From an uncultured Chthonomonadaceae bacterium (lineage in GTDB: Bacteria; Armatimonadota; Chthonomonadetes; Chthonomonadales; Chthonomonadaceae): a stretch of 64,000 nucleotides of DNA. The translations under genes and the position numbers were made by a program. Positions 49,101-60,900 of the stretch are shown in pieces; position 1 is the stretch's first letter; the number at the start of each line of letters is the position of its first letter. The stretch is from NCBI GenBank assembly GCA_963835065.1, contig CAWIEK010000039.1, positions 1-64,000 of the forward strand, written 5' to 3'. The notes under the pieces were generated by a model. That model had not been told where the DNA came from, made no database searches, and saw nothing but the letters and a program-made list of their open reading frames with translations.

Positions 49101-49436
49101 GCACAATGGTTGAAAAGCAAACCGATACGCCGCCGCGCCAACGACTTTCTGCTCACGCGCGCTCTGCGCTTCGAGTACGATCCCGCGCTGGCAATGCCGT
49201 ACTTCCACAGCACCGACAAAACGCTGACGGGACAGCAAAACCGCAATCTTCGGCTTGGCCGCGCCCTGCGCTTCACCAAGCGCACGGTAACAGGCTTCGG
49301 CAGCAACACGCTGGTTTTCCGCCAACTGCTGCCGCCCATGCCGCGCCTGCCGCTCGGCCCCGACCTGATCTTCTCCGGCCAGAGCGACCAACTGCTGGGT
49401 GAAAACCCGTATGACACGGATTTGTATACGCCATAG
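46193..49436 (+). CDS. giant PilX-like minor prepilin (~1080 aa; frameshifts near 46245, 47145, 47400, 49135)
   Basis: QSG-QTLVVALAVLFILLFLG (no Glu5), A..LAQAGL, IESIG; consecutive ORFs overlap with 1-nt shifts. Confidence 0.75.
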
Positions 49437-49438
49437 GA

Positions 49439-49523
49439 AGGCATCAGGCATCAGGTATTAGGCATATAGGAAACGCTGTACACGATAAGTCTTAACTGAC
49501 CTAATACCTAATACCTGATACCT
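49439..49523. repeat. heptamer-arm palindrome (AGGYATY)4 ... (CCTRATA)3
   Basis: Directly after the TAG at 49436. Confidence 0.85.
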
Positions 49524-49547
49524 ATTTATGAAGTGGACACACGAAAC

Positions 49548-52500
49548 ATGAAACGTAAATCCCTGACGATAGGATTGACCGGGCTGGCCGGAGTGGTGCT
49601 GTGCGGCGGGCTGCTGACGTTGAGCGGCAGGAACCAGCCGGCACACGCGGACGCCACCAATTACAGCAACCAGAAGCGCGCCATACGCGCCTGCGTCCTC
49701 GTGACCGAAGCCACGCAGGACGCGGACGGGGGCGGCGCAACTTATCCGAGCAACGTCACGCCGCACGTCTTTTATGCGCTGGACAGCCGGACGGATTTGC
49801 GCCCCGGTAACTTCGAGTTCGTAAACCCGCTCGCGCCCCAGATCATTACGCAGGATATTTATAACCGCTGGCTGCGGCGCAGCAATGCCAACGGCAACCG
49901 GGATCGCGCGTTCAACAACGGCACGGCGGAGCAGCAGTTGTTTCAGGTTGGATCACCCTGCACCAAAAACATGGGCGCGTACTGGGAAGTCAATCTGAGC
50001 AAAGTGACTTCGACGGATTTACAGCAGTTCGATGTGGTGCTGATGCCCATGCACGGGTCGCGGCCCGGTTTGGGCGTACAGTTTACGCCCGCCGAGCGCG
50101 AGCGCCTGCGCCATTACGCGGATCAGGGCGGCACGATCTGGATGGAAAACGCCGGATTGGGCAGTGGCGCGTTCGGCGGCGGCGGGTTCTTTGAAGTGAT
50201 GGACACGGGCGGGCAGCCGGGCGCGAACACGCCGATTACGGTTGCCGCCGCGCACCATCCCCTGCTCAATTACCCCTATTACATCTCGCCCCAAAACACG
50301 TATGGCCTGAGCGTCCAGAACAGCATGAACAATAACCTGTTCATTGACCCGACGACGAATGCGGCAAAAGCGGCGTATGGCGGCGCGCAGCTGCAATTGT
50401 CGCAGGCGACGGCTCCCATTCTGCGCAAAGGTGGCGCGACAACCGTGTACGCGGGCGACATCGGCGCGGGGCATTTGCTTGTTACGTCCGCCAGCATCGC
50501 GGGCGACATTAACAATTATATGATCAGTGGCAATGCGCAGGGCGTTCCCGGCTCTTCGGTTATCGGCGTCAACGACGGCGCGGTTTGCGGCAGCAATCTG
50601 CAAGGCATCCCGCCCACGGATTTGAAGTTCGCGTACAACCTCGCAAGCTGGATCAGCAGTGTGCCCACGCCCGGCAGCAACCAGCGGCGCACGGGTTCCA
50701 CGCAGGAAAACATCGGCTCGACGCTGGCCGTGAAATGGTCGCCCCTGCCGCTGATGAACCCGGCGAATGTCGGCTCCGGCGCAACCATTTATAAGGGGCT
50801 GACCTATTGGGTGGACGGCAACAACTTCCTCCACGCTTTCGACACCAACCCGCAGCAAAGCCTGAGCGGAAACGGCAACCCGGACGACGGCATTCCCGAT
50901 TTTATTTATGGCTTTCCCTATGATGAAGTGTGGAACGACAAGGGCGCGCGCATTCTGCCCGACCCCAATACGGCGCGCGGCTCCACGCCAACCGTCGTTA
51001 CCGTGACTGACCCTTCCAGCAATACCATTCTCGAAGCGCTGGCGCTGCAGGACACGCAGGGTTCCTTTTACGTTGTGCCGATGGCGCTTGGCGGGCAGAA
51101 ATACACCACCAATACTCAAATTACCATCAAGCGCGCGACGGGAGACATGCAGCCAAGCCTCGTGACCACGCCGACTATGGCGGGCGCGATGCCGAAATCA
51201 AGTTCGGGAGCGCCGTTCGGCAACCCGTTTCCCAAGCCTGTTCCGGCTCCCGCCTATTCCGATGGCGTCCTTTTCGGCCTGACCTTCAACAAACCGCAGG
51301 GCAGGAACGGCGAACTTGGCTGGCGCATCGAAGCCATTGACCTGCTGACGACCCTCAAATCGGGGAATCCGTCGAGCGTGTTCGGCGGCGATACAGGCGA
51401 CGCGGCTGTGCCCAACCCGTCCACCGGCAGCATGGGCCTGCCCGGTTTTTACAACCCGCAGGGCAATCTGACAGTGGGCGAGGTGAAGGACCCGAATTCG
51501 GACGCGGTAGATAAAATCGTGTATGTGCCGATTGCGGCCAACGACACAGCCCAAACCGCCGGCGTCATCAGAACCGCGTGGTTCAGTACGCGCTCCGAAA
51601 GACTGCGCGCCGGACTGTTGACGAATTTCCCGGCGGAATTTCCGATAGGCCGAACGTTTGTGCCGTCCGGCAACCGGGCGCGCATACCTTGGTACGTGGG
51701 CGGGAACAGTCCGAGCAACATCAACCTCAACCCGGTCGTGCATATCGTCACGTATAACGGCACGGTGGCAACGGGAATTCAAACGTTGACCTATCCGAAT
51801 GATTTCACCGTGTCCTACAAAGCGGATGGCGAGTACGCGCTGGATGATCCCAACGATCCCACCTCCACAAAGAACCCTACGGTTCCCGCAGGCGCGCGCA
51901 TGCACGTTATTTTGAACAACGTCACGCCCAATCCCAGTACCGATGTGGTGTATGTGGATTACACCGTAGACTGGCCCGGCGCGCCGATAAACGGCGTCAC
52001 GCCTTCACCGCTGGACCTGGCCTTGATCATGGCGCGGCAGTACCAGACGTTTCCCCAAACCTACGGCGCTATGACGCCGGAATTCTCCGGCGGCGTTGCG
52101 CTCAGTGGCGACGACAACCTGCTGATGGCCGTGACCAACCTGCGCGGGGGAACGGGAGTGACGGGCAGCACGGATATAGCCGTTCCTGACCGGGTTTTCA
52201 ACGTGCGCGATTCCTATATCGGCGTGGACAGTTCCACGGTTCGTACCAATCTGACCGGGCAAAGCGGTCCTCCCGCCCGCCCGCGGCAGGAAGGCCCGTA
52301 TGTCAACTGGATGTTTTCACCCAATGAGGGCGTCACGCTGGACAGCAGCTACGGCGGCGGCGCTTTCAACGGCTACCAGGTGCGCCCGCGCCTGCTCGAC
52401 CCGATCAACAAGCAGCCTATCTATAACTTCAAAGCGGTCGGTTCGCCGATTTCCTCCAACGGCACGGTTTACGTGCTGGGCATGGGCTACAGAACGGCCC

Positions 52501-54766
52501 AATCTGCCGGAACCGGCAGCGCGAACCAGCCCGATTATACGGTGCTGCTGGCCCTGCGCGAAAACGTGGATGCCTCCATTGATGTCGGGCCGGTGACGGA
52601 TACCGCTGTGCTTACCCTGGTGCAGCCAAGCCTGATCAATCCCAGCGGGAAGATCACGCTGACGCAGGACAATGAATTTACCCTTGAGCGCGTCCCGGAT
52701 ACTATTAATGGCGGCTTTAAGGGCATTGCGCATATTCTGCGCTTTCAGCAGATTCAGCCGGGTGGGCAGACAAACACGGACACCTTCAATCTCGCCCTGC
52801 CGATCTGGGTTCAGGACGCCACTGCCGGGCAGGGAACCCTGACCATACCGCCCAAAGTAAACCCGGTGACGGGCGTGGGCATTCTGGACAACCTTCAATA
52901 CTATGTGGTGATTCCCACCAACGAAAACCGGCGCGCTGCCCAATGTTCCCGGCGCGTTTGCGACCAGTGGCCCGTCCGTATCGGGCAATACGCTGTACTT
53001 TGCCGCGGACGCCAGTTGGCGCGGGTGGTGGCGGGCAGGCGGTAAGCGGTGTCGTGACGGTTGACTTGCAGCGCGCCGTCAGCGCGCAAGGCGGCAGCCC
53101 CTTAGACGATAAGGGCGTGTCCTTTGTGTCCAATACGCCGGCGCTTACCGATGTAACGACGGGCGGGCCATTGGCGACGATGTATCCGAGCGTCCATCCG
53201 CCGCTTGGCACGACAAACGTGATGATCGCTCCCAACGCGCAAAGCCTGACGGGTATGGACAACGGCCTGATTCTGATTGCCGACAGCCACCGCCTGCTGG
53301 AAGTGGACGCGGGGGGCAACGCCTACTGGTCTATGGAAGCCACGCGAACCCATACGATTGTGGGCGCAAACAACATTGCGGATGGGGGCATTGCAACCAC
53401 GCCGATTCCGCTTTCGCGCCCGGCAACCGCGCGCCGGTTTGAACTCAACGACTTTCTGGTCGTGGATACGGGTAACAACCGCATCGTCGGCACGGACAGG
53501 GGCAGTACCACGCGCTTTGAAATCAGCGGTTTCCAGGACGGCATGAAGTTCCTGCGCCCCGGCGACCCGCTCAGTCTGAACCAGCCTACGGATGTGGAAA
53601 CGTTCCCGGAACAGTTCAACGGCTATACCATTACCAACCGCGATACGAACGTGTCCTATACCTTTAACGGGGCGGGCGTGGCGTACCACTACTTGATCGC
53701 CGACAGCGGCAACTACCGGATTCTCGATTTGGTGGACGTGTACGACGCGAACGGACAGTTGGTACAGCTTACGGCAAGCGATGGAAGCGGGAATATCTCC
53801 GGGGAAAAACTGCTTTCGTTCGTTTCTCGCTCGCTTGGGGAACAAAATCAGCGCTACCGCTATCGAACAGTACAGCAGTTCCAGGCAAGTGGCGTAAACT
53901 ACATCATTGCCACTGTCGCCAACGTGCGGCAGGCCAATGTGGGCGGCGCGGGCATCGTCGGCAACGACGCCACCAACTTCGAGGGACCGGGCGGTTCGCT
54001 GATCGTGATTCAACGCTCTCCAAGCGGCCCGAACCCCAATGGTGGCGCGAACCTGCAGGCCGGTGATGTATACAACGTCATCAACAGCTTCCGGGTCGCC
54101 GACCAGAACGGCAACTTCACGCAGCGCCAAAATGTCAGCAATCCGACGTGGTTCAAAGAGTTCAGCGTTGCCGATACCACGCAGGGCGTGGGCAACAACC
54201 CGCAGCAGGTTCCGCGCTTCCTGCTTTCCGACGCGAACGGCTGCTACATCCTGCGCTACGACAACGTTCTCAAGGACTACGTGACCGACTGGAAACTGAC
54301 CGCCAACGAATACTACTATATGACGGGGCGCAAATTGCAGGCAACGTCTATCACGCGCGAAACCCTGGCGGACTACTCGCCGTCCCGCAACAAGTTCGAA
54401 GCGCGCCTGCTGATTACCAATGGCTACAGCGGCGCGGACAATATGCCCGCCGTATTTGGCGCGGGCTGGCTGCAGGGTGTGGTACAGGGCGAAGTGTTCG
54501 AGATCAACGCCGCGCAGTATTACCCGCTCCCGGCAGCCGGTAAAACGACCTTTGGCTATGCCGTCGCGCCCTACCAGCGCTATGGCGTGAACGCGGGCAA
54601 CCCGGTTATCAACACCAATGGTCCCTTAACGCGCATGATTCCCAACGAGCGCGCCGTGAAAACACCCGGCGGCCAGTACGTCATCAAACGCAGCATCGGC
54701 TCACCCGACAACGGCCTGTCCACCTTCATTCTGGAACAGCCGCAGTACGCTGAGAAACCGCTTTAG
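49548..54766 (+). CDS. large secreted protein (~1740 aa): GATase/DUF4159-like N-domain plus PQQ/NHL-like propeller repeats (frameshifts near 52926, 53015)
   Basis: Signal peptide ..PAHA-D; LQQFDVVLM..ERLRHYADQGGTIWME; GSPISSNGTVYV; FLVVDTGNNRIV; LIADSGNYRI. Confidence 0.7.
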
Positions 54767-54773
54767 AAAAGAA

Positions 54774-54919
54774 AGGCATTAGGCATTAGGCATTAGGCAT
54801 TAGGAGGAGAGCAAAGCGCAGCTTGATTGGGTCGGCTGCACTGTGAAAACAGGGTTGACACGCGCAAGACGCGCTTCATTGCTTCCCTCCTAATGCCTAA
54901 TGCCTAATGCCTAATGCCT
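54774..54919. repeat. heptamer-arm palindrome (AGGCATT)4 ... (AATGCCT)4
   Basis: Perfect 34-bp arms 54774-54807 and 54886-54919. Confidence 0.95.
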
Positions 54920-54941
54920 CTACGCAAAGAGGATACACCCC

Positions 54942-57900
54942 ATGAGGCACCACAGTGCGCTCGTCAAACAGTTTGTGATGGGAGCGGCGGCGACGCTGCT
55001 GCTGGCATTGGGCGCAGGTTCGGCCCGCGCGCAGGTTCCCATAACCTTCGATGACCTCGACTGGACGACAGATCGGGGTAACATCATCTTTTCCACAACG
55101 GGAAATCTGAACGCTTATCCGCTGCGTCCGGGACGCAACGGCGCGAACGGCAACCCTGCCGATCCCCGCTTCAATCCCCTGGACAGCAAGCGCGCGGTTC
55201 GGCGCTGGGTCTGGCCGACAACATCGGACCTTTCCGGCATTACGGGCGGGATTCTGCCGCCCACGACGAGCCTCAGCGTGACGGTGGACAACCCCTACTT
55301 TGACGGCGCGAACGGCTACCTGAATAAAGCCAATAGCAACATCTTTTTAGACAGTACGCAGTCGCCCGACTCGCTGAACCCGTGGACGCCCATAAATGGC
55401 TTCACCGTGCCCGCGCCTGTGGATCGCGCAGACCTGAACGGGTTCTATTTTACGTTTAACCCGCGCGAAACCACCGGAGTTCCCACGGATCCGCCACAGG
55501 CCGCCGCAGGCGATTACGGCTACACCTACGCGCACCACAACGATTTTGTCGTCATACGCGGCAACAATAATGACGGGCCGGCGACGGACTCGGAACTGGC
55601 CGCGCTGCCCAATGCCGCGCCGAACGTGTACTCCGCCGTCCATAAGGTGCTTATCAACACGGCCCAGAGCCAGCCCCTGGCGCAGTGGACACTGGGTTCC
55701 ACGCTCAACGCCAATTTGGGCGGAAACCCGGTTCCTGCCGGCACGTACAACATCAATCTGTACTCGCCGGGCGGCGGCACTTTCATCACCCATCCCGGCA
55801 ATGTCCGCCTGCAGCACCCGAATGTGCTGCGCGCGTTCGCGCGCGTTTCGTGGGGCAAAAACACGGTTACCGGCGGCGCGATCAATTTCGGGACCGGCGT
55901 GGCGGGAGCGGGCGGCGTCAATGATCCCACGACCAGCCGCATTTTTCTGATAGACCTGTCCGCGCCCGGCTATATTCCCATCGGGGCGGCAGGGCAGGCG
56001 GCTGCCGTGTTCCCTTACGACGGCAACGCCAACGATCAAATCGTGGTCACGCTGTACAGCGTCACGCCCGACGATCCCAACGACCCGACCAAATACGGCC
56101 CGCCCGACCCGGTCAGCGGCATTCAGCGCACCGCGCTTGTCACCGCCGACGCCTGCCAGTTCACGCAGGAAAACCTGGACGCGGAGTGGCGGGCCGGGAC
56201 TTGGTCCGCTTCCCGATGCCAACGCCAGTTTTATCGGCTCGTCGGGCGTGATTTCCAGCCCGGTTGTCGGCTCTAATAAGTTCGCGCCCAGGGGCGTGGC
56301 GGGCGCGACGCAATGGTATGTGGCGCGTCAGGAACTGACGCGCGATGTGACGCCGCGCACTTATGTAGACCCGACCAACGGCAACAGCCTGCCGATTCCT
56401 GATCCCACGCTTGTGGCGAACGTGCCTGTCTTCTACTGCCTGAGCAACGAAGACCAATTGGGCATTTTGGGCAACCAGAGTTCGGCGCAGCCCTCCAAAG
56501 CGCGCGTGTTGTGGCGTTTTGTCGGCTATCCCGACGCGGGCAGTGAAACCGTGTTCGCTTCCCCGGTTCTCGCCAATGTGCGCGGACGCGACGGCAAGTA
56601 CCATACCATCGTGTACTTCTGCGGAACCAACGACGGGGGCCAGGCGGGAATCACGGGACGCATTTACGCGCTGGACGCCAAAGGCGACCCCACAACCGCG
56701 ACCACGATTCCCTATTGGACCTATCCTTCCGTGCGCCCGCTGTCGGCAGGGGAAGTCGCTGCCGGCCTGTACCCCGCGCAGTACGAAGACCCCAACTACA
56801 ACGGCTCGCCCGTCCTCACTTCGACGGTGTACCCGACCAACACCATGCCCTATGGCGGAGCGGGCCACTGGTGGGAGAAAGACCAGCCTCTGTTCGCGTC
56901 CGGGGCGCAGGAGTATTACGACGGCGACATTCGCCCGGACACCACCAACGCCGGCCATTTGATTGTGCGTACCGATACGCTTATCGGCAACACCGGAGCG
57001 GGCATGGGCGGCATTCAGGGCGCTCCCATCGTCATAGATGACCCGGTAAATCCGGGTGGCCCGATGCTCCTTGTCGTGCCGAGCGTGGATGGCCGTTTGT
57101 ATACCTTCGATGCGGGCGGAAGGGGAGACTACACGCTGGCCGATGGAACAACCATCGTGCCGGGAACCACGCAGCGAATCTGGACATGGCCCCACTTCAG
57201 CGCGGACGCTTATCACCATTTCTTTGCCGGAACCCTTACCGGCAATCCCGAAAACCAGTTCAAAAGCGAGTCCGGCAAGGGCAACATGCCGTACTCGCCG
57301 GCATACGATCCCACGTTCCCGGTCGCTTCGGGACCCGGCGTTGTGAACGACCCGATTATCGTCACGGCGGGGGATGGGCACGTTTACGGCATCAAGCCGC
57401 TGCACGACGCGCTGACCACCGTTGCCAGCAACGGCATCCCATTGTGGAACGAGCGGCGCTTCTGGGTGTATCCGCACCAGGGCACGGGCCTGAATGATCC
57501 GTCCGCGGACGCCCTGTTCGACACGCCCGGCGTGCCGACCATCTATCGAACCGGACCAACCTCGGCAACCGCGTCCATCAACTTTACCAGCAGCGGGCGC
57601 ATTTACAGCCTGAACTTCCCGCAGACGCAACCGGCCTCCGGCTACAGTACGCCCAGTTTGCGTTGGGTATTCCCCAACACGCCCAATCCGCCCAACCAGG
57701 ACCCCACCGATCCGTCCACGTTTGAATACCCGCAGGGTTTCAGCGCGCACGGCCTGATCGTCGTGCCGCAAAGCATTACGAACGGAAGCGGCCAATCCTT
57801 GCCGAACGACATGGTGTATGCGCTGCTGAACGATGGCAACGTGGTGGGCGTGAATTACCCTAATGGCACGTTTTATGCGGCGGGAACGTCGCTGCTGAAC

Positions 57901-60900
57901 GCGGATTCCATCGACAGCGCGCCGATTGTCGCGGAAATAGCCCCGGACCCGGCCTTTTACTCGCCGGTGCGCAATCTGACGTCTGTGGCGCAGTCCGTGC
58001 CCGCCCTTGTTTTCGGCGACAGCGCGGGAGGACTGTACGGCTTCAAACTGGTTTCCGAATCCAACCAGGATTCGACCAATCCTGTCAATATCCTGCCGAT
58101 CATTTATGCCCGCCTGGATACAAGCGGGCAACTGGCCGCGCCGCCCGCCCTTGCGGCCTCGAACTTTACCAGCAAAATCGGCGGCTATTATGTGGTGGGC
58201 GACACCAACGGGCAATTGCGCGCGTACAGCTTCGGCTTCGGGCAGTACGGCGACATTGAAACCGTGCCCAATACGGAAGGAACCGGCAACAGCTTTATAG
58301 CAGGAGACGTGTCCATTGACGTGCGTATCATAGACGCCTATGCGAAGGCCGATTACGACCAGATGGCCCAGGCCGGAACTGCTTACGGCACGGGCAAAAC
58401 ATCGGCGCGTATGCAAACAGGCGGCGTGTATAGCCGGTCGAACGGCCACGCCCCTGCCCAACAACCTCAACGCGAACGGCACATCCTACTTCGCGCAGGA
58501 TCAGGGCAACGTACTCTACCTGGTCGCGTCGGGCGTCTATCACGCGCAGCCGGTTGTGGACAGCGTTCCCAATGGCGCCGCGAAAATCGCCACCGCGCCG
58601 CCCACAATCAAGGTCACGTTTACCCTTCCGCAGGAAGGTGGCCCGTCCGTAACGAAAGTGGTTACGATACAGCCCACTTCCGATACGGACACCAAGAGTG
58701 GCGCTCCGTGGCCGCATAAATTCGCGTGGCCGGATGACCGCGCCATTTCCCCCGGCGAACACGATCAGTTGAGCATCTACGGCAACGATTACAGCGACCC
58801 GATGAATCCACCCGACCCGGCTGCCAATCCGCCGACGGGCGCGAAAAAATTGACCGGGCGCGCGCAGAATGTCTTTCCCTGGATCGCCACAACGTCCATT
58901 TCCCTGACGCCCTCCATCGTCAACGGCATGGCTACGTTCACGCCCAACACCGTCGGCTCCCAGGTGTCTGTCAGCGCGATGATTATGCAGACACTGTCCG
59001 GGCAACAAGCCCCGGCGCAGGAAACCGCATATCTGAACATGGGCCAGCGCTCGGATCAGGGCAGTTCCAACAGCGCGTATCCGCCCGACCGCAACAACCT
59101 GAGCAATGGCAACTACCAGAGCAAAGAGCGCGCGCTGTACATCACCAACCCGCTGTCAGTCACGGTGCGCGGCTACAATACCAGCGGCAACAACATCACC
59201 GACCAGACGGGCACAAACTCGTACAACATCATCGGCTGGTTCCCCGGCGTGGATAATCCGAACTTCAATGGCGCGCTCAGCGGGCTGGAACTGACCGGCA
59301 ATGGGGCGTATGTCGGCATCGGCGGCGCCACGCCGGGGTCGCCGGGAACGGGCGTTATCAAGTCCATTTATGCGCCGTTCGATATGGCGCAGGACAACAG
59401 TTCGACGACCTATCGGGGCATTGACAACACGGGAACGCGCCGGGATGCCTTCTTCATCATGGATCGCAGCAGCCTGGGATACAAAGGCAAACTGGTCCAA
59501 ATCCGGGCGCATGTGTCAACTCTGAGCTGGACGGGAACGAACACGTCCATGATGAACCCCCTGCCGTTCGACATATTCCCGATCAATCAGTACGGTGTGC
59601 AAAGTTTGGACTATCCGAACCTGGACGCGCGCTACGCCACAATGACCGTCAACAACTCGGACGCGCTTCACGGCACGGCCACGCTGCTGCCGGCTACCGA
59701 CGACCCGGCGCATCCGGGCGATGAAAGGTATCGCATCCCGCATCCGACGCCCGTTAGCATGTCGCTGCAAATCCCGAAATACTTTCCGGCGAACGTGAAC
59801 CGGGGCGTGGTTCGCAGCAATTTCCGGGGCCAGAATCTTGATACGGGCGGCACGTTTACCGATCAAGCCGGGTACATACGCGGCGCGCGGCAAGGCTCGT
59901 CCGGGCCTGCGTACCAGGATACAAGGCAGATCGTCGGCCCGCTGAACAACGTTACCGGCCAGGCGGACGCTTATACCAACGCCAACGGGTTGGTAGGCAG
60001 TTCTCCCGCCGCCGGCTATACCGGCTCCATCGAAGTGGAAATGGTTCCGCCGGGAAGCACGAGTCAGCCGCTCTCAGCCGGCCAGCGCCGCCTGACCTTC
60101 AACCAGGGGGCAGGACTGACAAACAGGCGCACGGGCGCTGCGAACGGGCAGACGTACCGCAAGTTCGAGGCCGGCATCGCCGTTGCCCCGACGTTCCGCA
60201 TGAAGGTGCTGGAAAACGTGGTGGACCTGGGCAACCAGCCGCATGGCACGGGCTACAGCGATCTGATCGCGAATAACGCCGGGTATCCGGGAGCCGCGCA
60301 GTACCGCTATCCGTTTGCCCCGTCCGCGACAGGTTCTTATGCCACGTCGCTGTCGCCCTGGGACATCAATGAAGCGTTGACGGGATTGGCGCTTGGCGCG
60401 GGCATACCCGCCGAGGGGCAGTTCTTCCATCCGATCACGCTTGTCAGTGACAGCAACATCAACCTGATCAACCTGCGCGTCGCCAAACTGCTGGGTATTC
60501 CCAGCACGGACAGCAACGCGGTTCCGAACCTGGGCGGCATTATCAACAACGCTTCGCTGTCGCAAAATCCGCCGTTCGGCGTTGCCCGCGCCGCGCGCCT
60601 GTTCAGCGACCAGGTCAACAGCCTGCTGTCGCCGCCCATGATCGCCGCTCCCTTCGGCATGATCGTGGGAGGTGGAACCGCCCCGAACTACCTGGGCAAT
60701 ATCGGCATCGTGTCGTCCTTCGACCACGACAGCTACGCGCAGAGCATTTTGGGCGAAAACAACCTGTATCCCATCGCCAATCCCGCTGTGGACGCGCAGA
60801 CCGCGGCGCAGTCGCAGGACTTGTTCACGCTGTACGGTCCCGCGCTGTTCGGGCCGGCGTGGGCGCAGAACACGCAGTCGCGTCCCACGCTGCACAAGCC